A DNA stretch of 64,000 nt from Candidatus Latescibacterota bacterium (GCA_965207885.1 OZ242311.1:1952001-2016000), one strand, 5' to 3'; shown: positions 22,055-32,502, counted from the first letter of the stretch. Notes: a model not told the origin generated them from the sequence alone. Program-made: numbers and translations.

Positions 22055-23535
22055 GCCAACTCGTAGTGTCTGGGGTCAGGTAGTGGCACTGGCCGGGCAT
22101 CTTCGGTGTTGATGCTCCAGTCGGCCAGTCGCAGACGCATGGCGGCGAGGGCGTCGCGATGTTGATCTTCGTCGATCACATTGACCAACTCGCCTGGGTC
22201 GGCGACGAGGTCGTAGAGTTCGTCGCGGTCCCCCATGGGGTCGTGGACGTATTTCCACTGGCGGGTGCGGACCATCTTGCACCGACCAGCTGCCTCGCGC
22301 CACTGCAAGGTGTCAATCAAGGTCTTGCGGCCCCAGGGTTGAGGTAGCTTTTCCAGGTCGGCCATAGTAAAGAGCGGTCCTCCGCTTCCGTATTCGGAAA
22401 AAGTCGCGTCCCGGGGTGCGGTTGCGGTTACAGTGGGTAGCGGTATTCCGTGCATGGAATGCGGTTGGGCCATTCCTTGCAAGTGCAACAGCGTGGGTAC
22501 CACGTCAATCAGATTGGCCATGCTCTGATCGCGCACCCCGGCGGTGACCTGCCCGGGCCAGGAGACGATCAGCGGCACCCGCGTCAGGCTGTCGTAGAAG
22601 ACGCCGCCCTTGCACTGCATGGCGTGTTCTCCCATAAAGTCGCCGTGGTCCGAACAAAAGACGACAATTGTCTGTTCTCGTAGCCCCAGTGCCTCGAGTT
22701 TGTCGAGTATTTGACCGAGTGCGTCGTCGATAAAGCGCACCATGCCAAAATACGAGGCCATAACGCCGTAAACGTCTTCAATTGGATCGCGGTGCATCCC
22801 CAGCATCTGGTAGAGCACGCGGTTGCGCTCGGGCGCTCGCTCGTCGTCAAATTCCCCGTCGCGCCAGGGGGGAAGGTCAATATTTTCGGGTGGAAACAAG
22901 GCCGCGTACTCGGCCGGACATAGCCAGGGCTCGTGTGGATCGGGAAAGGAGACCCACAGGGCAAAGGGTTGGTCTTGGTACTTTTCGATAAAGCGCGTCG
23001 TCTGTCCGGCGATCAGGCCGGTGGAGTGATCCTCCAGGGGCAACTCGGAGGTGCCGTAGCTGAAGCGGGGGTTCTGATGGGCGAGCTGGCGATTTTCGGC
23101 GGCGACCTTGCGGCGGCCTTCTGCCGGGCGGAACCAGTCCATGCCCCGCGTCTCTTCGCCGCTACCGCCGTGGGTACCGGGGTTCCACACGTCGAAGAGG
23201 GCCAAATCCTCCTCCTGTTCGAAGCAGTGGTTTTTGCCGATTAGACCCGTGGCGTAGCCCGCTGCTTTCCAGAGTTGCCAGGCGTGTTCGGCACCGGCTG
23301 GCATCAAGGTCTGGTTGCGTCGGCCCCCGTGCGAGTGGGGAAACTGCGAGGTCCAAAATGAGATGCGTGCCGGCACGCAGAGGGGGTGCGGGGTGATGGC
23401 GTTTTCAAAGAGGACTCCGCTGTCTGCCAGGCGTTCCATCGACGGGGTTTGACAAAAGGTGTTGCCGTAGAGATGGCTGGCTGTGGCGCGCTGTTGGTCG
23501 GTCATGATTACCAGGATGTTGGGGCGGTCAGTCAT
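22051..23535 (-). CDS. Sulfatase (choline-sulfatase-like)
   Basis: PNILVIMTDQQR, CVPAR (CxPxR), GKNH, PDPHEP, SDHGD, ELYDL. Confidence 0.9.
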   Translation of the reverse strand: MTDRPNILVIMTDQQRATASHLYGNTFCQTPSMERLADSGVLFENAITPHPLCVPARISFWTSQFPHSHGGRRNQTLMPAGAEHAWQLWKAAGYATGLIGKNHCFEQEEDLALFDVWNPGTHGGSGEETRGMDWFRPAEGRRKVAAENRQLAHQNPRFSYGTSELPLEDHSTGLIAGQTTRFIEKYQDQPFALWVSFPDPHEPWLCPAEYAALFPPENIDLPPWRDGEFDDERAPERNRVLYQMLGMHRDPIEDVYGVMASYFGMVRFIDDALGQILDKLEALGLREQTIVVFCSDHGDFMGEHAMQCKGGVFYDSLTRVPLIVSWPGQVTAGVRDQSMANLIDVVPTLLHLQGMAQPHSMHGIPLPTVTATAPRDATFSEYGSGGPLFTMADLEKLPQPWGRKTLIDTLQWREAAGRCKMVRTRQWKYVHDPMGDRDELYDLVADPGELVNVIDEDQHRDALAAMRLRLADWSINTEDARPVPLPDPRHYELA

Positions 23536-23554
23536 GGTGTTCTGCCTCGTTTTT

Positions 23555-24817
23555 TTATGCGGTTGCCGACATGGCTTTGCTCAATATTTCCGATGTGCTG
23601 GGGCGCATGATTCGGGGATCGACTTGTTCGCCGTTGCTGAGTGTGTCGCGCACTTGAGAGCCTGAGATAAAGACCGGTTGTTCATCGGGGTGATTTTCCA
23701 TCAAATCCACGCGTCCAAGTGATTCGTAATAGGCGGCAAATCCCACGTTCACGGGCTGAATTTGGAGGTCGCCATTCAGGTGCTCAAAAATTTCCTGTGC
23801 ATCGAAGTCTCCCCAGATCGCGCTGCCGTCGTGATAGGGGGCATCGGCGTGTTTGCGGCCGATGATGATGTCGGTGAATCCAAAGTTCTGGCGGTAAATG
23901 GCGTGCATGACGGCTTCTTTGGGTCCGGCGTAGAACATTTTGATGTCCAGCCCGAGCAAGATCACCCTGTTCGGTACAGATTCACCGCGTTTTTGCCACA
24001 GGTCCGCATCGCTATCCCCTTCGCCCAGTCCCCGAGATGCGATGAGTGCTTCGTAAGTTTGCATGCGAATCTCTGCGTTCACGTCGTCCGATTTGGTTTC
24101 GCCCACCAGGGGATTTAAGCACGCGCCTGCGTTGTGTCCCTGGTGCAGGAGGGTTTCCAAACCATATACCAGCGCGTATTCGTGTGCCCGATGCAGGGCA
24201 TTGCGCGTTTGAAATGCCACAACGCGGTTCCAGCCTTTTTGTGTCAGGAGAGGTCTGACTTCACGCGGGCTGAGGACGTATTGTCCAAAATGTGGATTTT
24301 TGGGTTGGGGTAGTACCTGAATTTCGCCGCCTATGAGATGGGTTTTGTCGGCATCGTCCTTCAGGACCATATCGGCACCGGGATGGTCTGTGCGGTCTGT
24401 TAAATATACGCGCTGGAGATATTTGGTTTTGTCCCATTCAAAGATGTCGCTGATGTCCAGTACCGCCACAGTTTCGCCAGATGTGTTTTCCAGCGCAACT
24501 TTTTGCCCAATCGAAAGGGTTTTGGCGAGATCGGAACTTACGGGTAGTGATATTGGGATCGTCCAGGCATAGCGCTTGCCGCCCACTTCGATGACGGATT
24601 CGTCGAGTACCCGATGATATGTTTGTGCATCCATTGGTCCTGTGAGCGGACTCAGCCCGCCGTCGCCGAAACGATAGACCGAGGATAGGTCTGCATCGCT
24701 GACCGGGACACGCGTCAGCCCGTTTGCTCTGGACAAAAATGTTTCAATATCTACTACCATGCGATTGACCGGTTCGGATAGACCACCGTGGGGTGCTATC
24801 AGGGGTGTATCGGACAT
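23555..24817 (-). CDS. sat: Sulfate adenylyltransferase (ATP sulfurylase)
   Basis: [54 protein letters not shown]. Confidence 0.95.
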   Translation of the reverse strand: MSDTPLIAPHGGLSEPVNRMVVDIETFLSRANGLTRVPVSDADLSSVYRFGDGGLSPLTGPMDAQTYHRVLDESVIEVGGKRYAWTIPISLPVSSDLAKTLSIGQKVALENTSGETVAVLDISDIFEWDKTKYLQRVYLTDRTDHPGADMVLKDDADKTHLIGGEIQVLPQPKNPHFGQYVLSPREVRPLLTQKGWNRVVAFQTRNALHRAHEYALVYGLETLLHQGHNAGACLNPLVGETKSDDVNAEIRMQTYEALIASRGLGEGDSDADLWQKRGESVPNRVILLGLDIKMFYAGPKEAVMHAIYRQNFGFTDIIIGRKHADAPYHDGSAIWGDFDAQEIFEHLNGDLQIQPVNVGFAAYYESLGRVDLMENHPDEQPVFISGSQVRDTLSNGEQVDPRIMRPSTSEILSKAMSATA

Positions 24818-24865
24818 TTGGATAAACCTCCTATTATTATGATATTCTTGATTTACTAAGTAATG

Positions 24866-24893
24866 AATATATCTTTGGCCTGTTTTCTGTCAA
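24866..24893 (-). promoter_or_regulatory. Sigma70-like promoter of sat
   Basis: Minus strand TTGACA-16 nt-TATATT. Confidence 0.5.
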
Positions 24894-24923
24894 GAAAGAA
24901 AGCGGTTTTGGGCTTCTGCTGCT

Positions 24924-25979
24924 TCAACGCAATTCATCCCATTTGAATTCCAGGCGGATGAGATCCGGAGGCGATTCACGGAGGTGGAGAGATTTATAGG
25001 TTATGACATTGAAATACACTTTTTCTGCGCGCGTTGTGAAATAGGGCATCGCATAGTATCCGTCGGGTACAATCGCGCCTTCGTAATTGTCCAGTATGGC
25101 GTAGGAGAGGATGTCGAGTGATTCGGGATCAAATTTGAATAGGCATAGTTTCATACCGCGTATCGATTCCATGTAATTTCGACCGATAAAGTAGTAGCCG
25201 CCATCTCGCTTGAAAAGTCGCGGTCTGCCTATCTGAGCGCGTATGAATTTATAGGTCTCAGTCAGATTCACTTCTCTGATTAAGCGGAACGATCTATCGG
25301 TAACATGCATTCGCTGGATGCCGTCCAGTCCCCGCGTGTTGAAGATGTATCCGTCTTCATATCGCAGGAAGGATGTTTCATTGATGGGGGCGTTGCCAAA
25401 GGCTTTTGTGAGGTTTGCCACAAACTGCCAACTTTTCCCATTGTCATCGGATCGAATCACATCCACATTGGGACTGTTATTGCGATAATGCCGGTAAGGC
25501 GTCAGGAGCATCCAGGTTGTTTCTCTCTCTGTCAGAGATTCAAACGCATAGACATATTCCGTGCCGTTGATGGGGCCGAGTTTTTCTCCGCCTTCAAAAT
25601 GCACGCCATTATCCGAAGACCGATATGCCAGTAGCCCAAATTTGTCTTTGGAATTTGGGAAATGCGGATCTACGTACAGGCCAATATCCCCATTGGCGAA
25701 TCGGACAAATTCTCCGTTTTGAATGGTGAAACCATCCAGATGTGCGACAATTTTCCGATCCGAAATTGTCCCCGTGATGAGATTGTAGCGAAACATCTCC
25801 CAGTCGGCCGCTGGTTCTGTGTTGTGCCGGGTGCCGCGCTTGTAGGCGATCAGGACATTATGCTCGTCCAGAAACAAGAGGTGTGGGGCTTTCACATAAG
25901 GCAGTGTCTTTTGTTCTGCGGCTCGTATCAGGATTTCCTGGGTTTTGTAATGAGGCAGGATGGGGATATGAGGTTTCAT
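24924..25979 (-). CDS. BNR/Asp-box beta-propeller protein (sialidase-like)
   Basis: Asp boxes SSDNGVHF and SDDNGKSW; NETSF; DGYY. Confidence 0.65.
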   Translation of the reverse strand: MKPHIPILPHYKTQEILIRAAEQKTLPYVKAPHLLFLDEHNVLIAYKRGTRHNTEPAADWEMFRYNLITGTISDRKIVAHLDGFTIQNGEFVRFANGDIGLYVDPHFPNSKDKFGLLAYRSSDNGVHFEGGEKLGPINGTEYVYAFESLTERETTWMLLTPYRHYRNNSPNVDVIRSDDNGKSWQFVANLTKAFGNAPINETSFLRYEDGYIFNTRGLDGIQRMHVTDRSFRLIREVNLTETYKFIRAQIGRPRLFKRDGGYYFIGRNYMESIRGMKLCLFKFDPESLDILSYAILDNYEGAIVPDGYYAMPYFTTRAEKVYFNVITYKSLHLRESPPDLIRLEFKWDELR

Positions 25980-25988
25980 GGTATTGTC

Positions 25989-26597
25989 CTACTGACAGTT
26001 GTCGCCCGCAAAAAAGGGAATGCCCTGAAGCCAGGTCTGAAAGGCGGCATTGGGCGGCGCGCATAGCTCCGTGTCTTGAAAGATGAATTCCTTTAGATTC
26101 GTCAGGTTTGTCAGGCTTTGGGGAAGTGGACCTGTCAGGCCATTCTGGTCGAGATACAGTCCCGTGAGGTTGGACAGGTTACTCAATTCAGAGGGGATTG
26201 ATCCGCTCAATGCATTTTTGGAAAGATACAGGTCCGTGAGGTTGGCCAGATTGCCCAATCCGGATGGGATAGGGCCATGCAACTGGTTATTGGAAAGGTT
26301 CAGTGTTTTGAGGTCGGACAGGTTGCCCAATACCCCGGGAAGCTCGCCCGTCAGGTTATTGTTGGCGAGTTCCAGGGATATGACCCGTTCATTAGAAACC
26401 GTGACGCCATGCCAGGTCGAAAGGTCGCTATCGCTCAGCCAATTTGTCTCGTTCGTCCAGTTTGCTCCATCAGTGGCATTGTACAGAGCCACCAGTACAT
26501 CGCGGTCTGCCTCCAGTGACTGTTCTGGTCCCGTGCTGTTATTCCCACAACTGAAAAGGAGAAATACCAGCATAATGTAAATGGGAAATGGTCGCAT
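25989..26597 (-). CDS. Leucine-rich-repeat lipoprotein (plant-type LRR)
   Basis: Lipobox LFSC; cap DRDVLVALYNATDG.NW; 24-aa repeats LxLxxNxLxGxIPxxLGNL. Confidence 0.9.
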   Translation of the reverse strand: MRPFPIYIMLVFLLFSCGNNSTGPEQSLEADRDVLVALYNATDGANWTNETNWLSDSDLSTWHGVTVSNERVISLELANNNLTGELPGVLGNLSDLKTLNLSNNQLHGPIPSGLGNLANLTDLYLSKNALSGSIPSELSNLSNLTGLYLDQNGLTGPLPQSLTNLTNLKEFIFQDTELCAPPNAAFQTWLQGIPFFAGDNCQ

Positions 26598-26613
26598 TAT
26601 GCCATCCTAATAT

Positions 26614-26655
26614 AAGAAAACAGGCACTTGCGAGAATATGCGTAAGTGCCTGTTT
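26614..26655 (-). terminator. Terminator downstream of tRNA-Lys
   Basis: AAACAGGCACTT...AAGTGCCTGTTT inverted repeat with a T-rich tail on the minus strand. Confidence 0.7.
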
Positions 26656-26661
26656 AGATTA

Positions 26662-26737
<76 letters not shown>

Positions 26738-26756
26738 GTTTTTTCAGGTGATTGGA

Positions 26757-26785
26757 AATGTAAAGAAGCCACTATGCCTTGTCAA
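26757..26785 (-). promoter_or_regulatory. Sigma70 promoter of the tRNA
   Basis: Minus strand TTGACA-17 nt-TACATT, 19 bp upstream of the tRNA. Confidence 0.7.
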
Positions 26786-26852
26786 GCATCTTGACTTTGA
26801 CTGCGATGGAGAGCAGGTCAACCGATCAGTTTATTGAGAGGTGTTGAAAATT

Positions 26853-27323
26853 TTACACTCCGGGGAGCTTAGGCTGGTAAGATAAATTCGGATGGCCGAT
26901 CCTGAGACCGGGATCGCCAATATTGCCATTCAGCTTTATCAAATCTTCATCAAATGTGTCGAGAGACGCCACTTGATACTCGACTGCCGTAGCTGCATGG
27001 ATGGAATCCTTCGGCTGAAGGTGGGAATATTCCCAGATCAAATTTCTGGCCGCCAAACCTATTGAAGTGTCAACTGGGCGGATGATGATAAATTCCTGTT
27101 CAAAAAATTTCTGAATCGTCTCTTCGTGTTCTTGACCGAGTGGCTGTTCTCCTCTTAGCTTGATCACTTCAACCAGTGTGATCGCCGAAGTGACAATGTG
27201 GACTTCATTGCGTTCCGCAGCCTCTATGACCCCCTGACACACATTTACCCTACCTGGTTCGTCGTTAAGCAGACCAAGAAAAACCGACGAATCCCAGTAC
27301 CTCAATTGACGTTTCTTGTTCAT
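26853..27323 (-). CDS. PIN-domain (VapC-like) ribonuclease
   Basis: Acidic PIN motifs YWDSS, TSAITLVEV, KDSIHAATA, TFDEDL. Confidence 0.85.
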   Translation of the reverse strand: MNKKRQLRYWDSSVFLGLLNDEPGRVNVCQGVIEAAERNEVHIVTSAITLVEVIKLRGEQPLGQEHEETIQKFFEQEFIIIRPVDTSIGLAARNLIWEYSHLQPKDSIHAATAVEYQVASLDTFDEDLIKLNGNIGDPGLRIGHPNLSYQPKLPGV

Positions 27324-28084
27324 AGATTTTTGTAGATGCCAATAATGTCGGAAAAAGATGGGAGTTCATCGGAAGAAGCAAAAACTTTAAAATCTTCTAC
27401 ATGGATACTGGAAGGCTTTCCTTCTTTTCTATAGTTCACCATCCCATAAGCCTGTACGCGTTTGTCAAACGCCTTCAAGACTTCCTGTTTTAATTCGTTA
27501 GGAAAAAAACAGGTCACAGGATGATCTGTTAACCGGTCATAAATACGGAATTTATACTTCCCGCGACTCGTAATGGCTTGTAAGTAGCCTTCAACAGAAC
27601 CCAAAGTAGCGCGATGGACCTGAAACATTGCATCTACTGTTGCGACCGCACGTTTAGAAAGTGTTTGTCTGTGCTCGGAAAAATCAACACGCACGCGATT
27701 GAGTTCGTCATGCCCAACTTTTACCAAGTTTGCCAGAGATTTGGCAGACTTTAGGGCATCGTCATTGAAATAGCTGGGGCGATCTTCTCGCCCATCCTCA
27801 AGATGCGCTAAGCCATCAGAGATGAACTTGATCGCCTTGGGGACATCATCTTTGTGGGCAGTTTCTGGTTCAGGATCAAAATGAACAACAACACTTCCAG
27901 GTTCGACTGATACAACCCAGTCAACAGCCTTCCGCGTATCCATCACCTCATCAGAAACGGCATTTATGAGCTTGAATAGAGCATTAATCCCTTTGACGAA
28001 TTGTGTCCCTGGGATTTTGGGTCCCTCAAGCGTCAAAGTGATCCGATTTTGAGAACGATCTATATCCATTTCTTTTTGCTCCAT
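27320..28084 (-). CDS. Hypothetical protein translationally coupled to the PIN gene
   Basis: 254-aa ORF with ATGA overlap; beta-rich C-terminus (GSVEGYL...FRIYD...VTCFF...RVQAYG) may be an OB fold. Confidence 0.7.
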   Translation of the reverse strand: MEQKEMDIDRSQNRITLTLEGPKIPGTQFVKGINALFKLINAVSDEVMDTRKAVDWVVSVEPGSVVVHFDPEPETAHKDDVPKAIKFISDGLAHLEDGREDRPSYFNDDALKSAKSLANLVKVGHDELNRVRVDFSEHRQTLSKRAVATVDAMFQVHRATLGSVEGYLQAITSRGKYKFRIYDRLTDHPVTCFFPNELKQEVLKAFDKRVQAYGMVNYRKEGKPSSIHVEDFKVFASSDELPSFSDIIGIYKNL

Positions 28085-28155
28085 TTGGTCTTACTCCGAT
28101 TTTGCTTCTCTCCGAGAGTGAGATAATAGCAAATTAAAGAAGCCCTTATACGATG

Positions 28156-28629
28156 TCAAGTCTTGCGAATATAAGTCCCGCTGCGTCCACCGCTTTTTTG
28201 CAAGAGACAGATTTCTCCGATGACCATGTTGCGATCTACTGCTTTACACATGTCGTATATGGTCAACAGGCCGACACTTACCGCGGTGAGCGCTTCCATT
28301 TCGACACCTGTGCGGTCGGGTACGCGCACGGTTGCACGCGCGATAATGCTTGCGTTTTCGATTTCAAAATTGAGTTCAACGCCCGTAATGCCCAGCGGGT
28401 GACACATTGGGATGAGGTCAGAGGTGCGCTTGGCAGCCATGATGCCCGCAATGCGCGCGGTTTCCAGCACATTGCCTTTGGGGATGTTTCCCCCAGTGAC
28501 GAGTTGCAGGGTTTCGGGTTGCATTTCAATTTTGCCCGATGCGATTGCCTCGCGGTCTGTCACAGCTTTATCTGTGACATCCACCATCTTCACGGATCCC
28601 TGTTCGTCAATATGTGTCAATTTAGCCAT
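28156..28629 (-). CDS. moaC: Cyclic pyranopterin monophosphate synthase
   Basis: LTHID..G..KMVDV, ARIAGIMAAKRT, LIPMCHP, TGVEMEALTA, IYDMCKAVD, KSGGRSG. Confidence 0.98.
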   Translation of the reverse strand: MAKLTHIDEQGSVKMVDVTDKAVTDREAIASGKIEMQPETLQLVTGGNIPKGNVLETARIAGIMAAKRTSDLIPMCHPLGITGVELNFEIENASIIARATVRVPDRTGVEMEALTAVSVGLLTIYDMCKAVDRNMVIGEICLLQKSGGRSGTYIRKT

Positions 28630-28635
28630 GATCTG

Positions 28636-29859
28636 TTACCAACTGTTTAGTAAAATGAGGTCTAATTCAGTGCCCGCATGCACATGGGCATCTTCGGCAT
28701 TGACCACGAATAAGCTGTTTGCGCGGGCCATTGAAAATAGATCCGCCGAGCCGTGGTGCCCGACCCAGGTGCTTTTCCATACGCCGTTTTTGCCCTGAAC
28801 ACTGTGCGCGGGTACAAATTGCTTTCGTCCGGGTGTTTGTCGAAAGTCGGCGTTGAGCACTGTGCGGACCGTGGGAAGGTGCAGATCTGTCAGGCACTGC
28901 ATTTTTCTGATCGCAGGGCGCATGAGCAGTTCCAGGCCGACCACAGAGGATACCGGATTGCCGGGCAGTCCAAATACCTGTCGCGCACCTTTTACGCCAA
29001 ATGTTAGGGGTTTGCCGGGTTTCATGCGGATGCGGTCAAATAGCACTTCGACACCCAGATCTCGCATGCCGTCTTGTACCAGGTCGTATTCACCAGCAGA
29101 GACGCCGCCCGAAAGGGCGACTATATCACAGGTCTCCAGGCCTTTGCCGATGGTTTGTATCAACGCATGGATGTCGTCTTCTACAATGCCGAGATAACGC
29201 GCCTGCGCCCCCGAGCGCAGGACTTGGGCTACCATCGAGTACCCATTGCTGTTTCGAATTTGTCCGGGTTTGGGTTTGTGGTGTGGTTCCACTACTTCGC
29301 TGCCGGTTGCCACAATGCCGACTATTGGTTGGCGATAGACCTCGACATGGACATGTCCCACAGCGGCGAGAATGCCGACTTCGGGGGGGCGTATGACTGT
29401 GTTGGCCTGTAATACCACCTGTTTGACGCGCACATCTTCGCCGAGGCGGGCGATATTTCTGCCTGTTTCCGTGGTGTCGAGCACGCGCACTTTTTGGGCA
29501 TCTGCGTGTGGTTCTGTATCTTCGACCATAATTACCGTGTCTGCGCCATCGGGTACAGGTGCGCCTGTCATAATTTGAGAGGCTTGCCCGCATTCCACGC
29601 GTTTTTGCGGTACTGTGCCCGCTGGAATCTCTTCGATTACATCGAGTATGACCGGTGTATTACTGGATGCGGATGCGATATCTGCTCCCTGAAGGGCATA
29701 ACCATCCATAAGGGCTTTGTCAAAGGGGGGCATGTCGATATCTGAGCATACGTCTTCGGATAAAACGCGCCCGAGCACATCGTTCAATCCAACGTGGGTT
29801 TTGTCAATTGTCCGGGTATTTTCCAGTACTATGCGAATGGCGTCGTCCATTTCAATCAT
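28636..29859 (-). CDS. moeA: Molybdopterin molybdenumtransferase
   Basis: PPFDKALMDGYA, IMTGAPVP, SGGVSAGEYD, MKPGKP, GLPGNPVS. Confidence 0.96.
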   Translation of the reverse strand: MIEMDDAIRIVLENTRTIDKTHVGLNDVLGRVLSEDVCSDIDMPPFDKALMDGYALQGADIASASSNTPVILDVIEEIPAGTVPQKRVECGQASQIMTGAPVPDGADTVIMVEDTEPHADAQKVRVLDTTETGRNIARLGEDVRVKQVVLQANTVIRPPEVGILAAVGHVHVEVYRQPIVGIVATGSEVVEPHHKPKPGQIRNSNGYSMVAQVLRSGAQARYLGIVEDDIHALIQTIGKGLETCDIVALSGGVSAGEYDLVQDGMRDLGVEVLFDRIRMKPGKPLTFGVKGARQVFGLPGNPVSSVVGLELLMRPAIRKMQCLTDLHLPTVRTVLNADFRQTPGRKQFVPAHSVQGKNGVWKSTWVGHHGSADLFSMARANSLFVVNAEDAHVHAGTELDLILLNSW

Positions 29860-29990
29860 AACTTTACTCCTTGTTTTATTTTCATTAATCGCGCATAATA
29901 TACGTAAACTTGCCCGAAGTATCTGAGATTTTTTTGTATTTTTTTATGGGAAAATCGTGATAGAGTGTATCTTAAACTATGAGGAGCAAT

Positions 29991-30710
29991 ATGTCCAAGA
30001 CAGCAATTATTACTGGCGCAGGCACCGGAATTGGTGCGAGTATTGCCATTGCATTTGCCGAAGCGGGCTATAATCTCGCGCTCGTGGGACGGCGCGTAGA
30101 ACCCCTTGAAGAAACGGCAAGGCAATGCGGCTCTGCCAATATCGAGATCTGCGCTGCCGATGTTGCCGACCGCCAGGCGGTTCAATTGCTTGCCGAACAA
30201 ACGGTCGCGGCATTTGGTCGCATCGATATTTTAGTGAACAACGCGGGTATCAATACCAAAAAACGCCACTTGAACGATATTGCGGATGAAGACTGGGACC
30301 GCGTTATGGAGATCAATCTCACGGGTGCTTTTAATGCGTTTCGCGCTGTTTTGCCACACATGAAAGTGCAAAATGACGGTCTGGTTATCAATATTTCATC
30401 TATGGCTGGCAAAAGAGCGGGTATGATCAGTGGTGTGGCTTATTGCGCGTCCAAATTTGGCATGGCCGCGCTGAATCAATCAATCAATGTCGAGTTTCGA
30501 GAGGAGGGCATTCGCGCCTGCTGTATTTATCCCGGCGAAGTCGATACTCCTATCTTAGACCACCGCCCCAATCCCGTTTCAGATGAAAAACGCGCCGCCG
30601 CTCTTTTGCCCGAAGACATTGCCGCCGCCGCATTTATGGTCGCCCAGATGCCAGACCGCGTCATTGTCGAAGAAATTACCATTTTCCCACGCCATGTGGT
30701 CAGTAGATAG
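29991..30710 (+). CDS. SDR family oxidoreductase
   Basis: TGAGTGIG, NNAG, YCASK, PGEVDT; RBS GAGGAG before ATG 29991. Confidence 0.93.
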   Translation: MSKTAIITGAGTGIGASIAIAFAEAGYNLALVGRRVEPLEETARQCGSANIEICAADVADRQAVQLLAEQTVAAFGRIDILVNNAGINTKKRHLNDIADEDWDRVMEINLTGAFNAFRAVLPHMKVQNDGLVINISSMAGKRAGMISGVAYCASKFGMAALNQSINVEFREEGIRACCIYPGEVDTPILDHRPNPVSDEKRAAALLPEDIAAAAFMVAQMPDRVIVEEITIFPRHVVSR

Positions 30711-30820
30711 ACGGAGCGGTGTATGATGGCGAGTAAATCGAGCATGACTAGCCGTATCTCAGAGTCTGCCCCACAAGTGGGTAATGTGGGGCCAGTTCAT
30801 ATCAGTAAGGATAAAATAAA

Positions 30821-32362
30821 ATGAAAACCGAAATTATTATTAATGTCGCTTCACACGAGTCGCGAATTGCCATCCTCGAAGATGGTCGGCTCGCAGAAAT
30901 TCTCGTTGAACGCGCTGAAAAAGAACGCATGGTTGGCGATATTTATCAGGGGGTTGTAACCGCTGTTCTGCCTGGCTTACAGGCAGGTTTTGTCGATATT
31001 GGGCAGGAAAAAGCGGCTTTTTTACACGTTTCTGATATGCCTGGCTCGCCCGGCTCAATGGTCGAACTCGACTCGGAAATTCTCGAGGATATCCGGGATC
31101 AGAGCAATGGGCAGGGCAAGTTCAATATTGATGAGCTTTTGTCCAGGGGGCAGGAAGTCATTGTGCAGATTAAAAAAGAGTCCATCAACACAAAAGGACC
31201 GCGCATTTCTGCTGTGCCGTCGCTTGCCGGTCGGTTTATGGTGCTTGTGCCCGATGGCGATAAAGTAGGCGTGTCTCGCAAAATTACCAATTGGCGTGAA
31301 AAGCGGCGCCTTCGAGATCTCGCGGGCAAGCTCAAGCCCGAGGGCTTTGGCCTTATCGTGCGCACCGAAGCCAATGGCAAAGGTGATCGGGAACTCGGGC
31401 GGGACCTCAAGCAGCTTTTGTCAACGTGGAAACGGCTTCAAAAACAGGGTAAAAAAAGCAGCGGCCCCAAATTGCTTTACAAAGAAGTGGGCATGACGTC
31501 TGGTCTCATCCGCGATTTGTTCACGGAGGATGTTCACCGCCTTGTCGTTGATTCAAAGCGCGAATACAAGCAAATTCAGGCATATCTCAAAGGGGTTTCA
31601 CCCGAGTTGCGCCGAACCGTCGAATACTACGGCGATACGCGACCGATTTTTGACGCTTTTGGCATTGAGGCTGAAATTGAAAAGCTCACCGAACGCAAAG
31701 TCTGGTTCAAAGGCGGTGGTTATCTGGTTATTGATCCGACAGAAGCGCTGGTTGCCATCGATGTCAACAGCGGGCGCAGCGTGGGCAAAGGGCGTGCCAA
31801 GCAGGATGAGACCGTGTTGAAGACCAATTTGGAGGCTGCCCGAGAGGTTGCCCGCCAACTCCGTTTGCGCGATATGGGCGGGCTTGTGGTTGTCGATTTT
31901 ATCGATATGGACCATGCGCGAGATCGCAAGCGCGTTGAAGATGAAATGCGTCAGGCTATTCGCCGTGACCGGTCCAAGATCCGGTATTCGCGGATTACAC
32001 AGTTTGGTCTGATGGAGATGACCCGCCAGCGGGTGCGTCCCAGTTTGATGTCCACTTATTCTGCGCCCTGCCCGCAATGCCATGGCACGGGACATATTCC
32101 GAGCCAGGAAACCGTGCTGTCGCGCATCGAACGCTGGCTCAAACGCTCTCGCGCAGCCGCGCTCGAAAGACGGCTCACTGTGCAGGTTCACCCCACACTC
32201 GGATTTTATTTGCTCGAAAATCGCAGGGAGCGCCTCAGAGCTATTCGCAAATCCACCCGGGTTTGGCTTGATGTCGAATCGGCTCCGGATTTGAGCGAAG
32301 AAGATTATCGCATTTTTTCCAGAAAGCGGAAGGTTGATGTGACAAATGAAGTTCAAACTTGA
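30821..32362 (+). CDS. rng: Rne/Rng family ribonuclease (RNase G-like)
   Basis: S1 domain GDIYQGVV...AGFVDIG, TEALVAIDVNSG, RQLRLRDMGG.VVVDFIDM, CPQCHGTG. Confidence 0.93.
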   Translation: MKTEIIINVASHESRIAILEDGRLAEILVERAEKERMVGDIYQGVVTAVLPGLQAGFVDIGQEKAAFLHVSDMPGSPGSMVELDSEILEDIRDQSNGQGKFNIDELLSRGQEVIVQIKKESINTKGPRISAVPSLAGRFMVLVPDGDKVGVSRKITNWREKRRLRDLAGKLKPEGFGLIVRTEANGKGDRELGRDLKQLLSTWKRLQKQGKKSSGPKLLYKEVGMTSGLIRDLFTEDVHRLVVDSKREYKQIQAYLKGVSPELRRTVEYYGDTRPIFDAFGIEAEIEKLTERKVWFKGGGYLVIDPTEALVAIDVNSGRSVGKGRAKQDETVLKTNLEAAREVARQLRLRDMGGLVVVDFIDMDHARDRKRVEDEMRQAIRRDRSKIRYSRITQFGLMEMTRQRVRPSLMSTYSAPCPQCHGTGHIPSQETVLSRIERWLKRSRAAALERRLTVQVHPTLGFYLLENRRERLRAIRKSTRVWLDVESAPDLSEEDYRIFSRKRKVDVTNEVQT

Positions 32363-32387
32363 CATAAAGTACGACTTCGGATAAATT
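32359..32387 (+). promoter_or_regulatory. Sigma70 promoter of rplU-rpmA(-mdh)
   Basis: TTGACA-17 nt-TAAATT overlapping the rng stop codon. Confidence 0.7.
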
Positions 32388-32502
32388 TAGCTCTCTTTGG
32401 ATTTTCCGAATCCACACCGGGTCGGGAAGTTTGTTTGTAAATAAAAAGTGGGGGCTGGGAACTGGTGGTTGGGGACTGGAACAGTTTCTGGAGGTTTTGA
32501 GT

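Noticed and set aside
30768-30792. GCCCCACA...TGTGGGGC hairpin before rng
   Set aside because: No U tract; too weak to call a terminator or regulatory RNA
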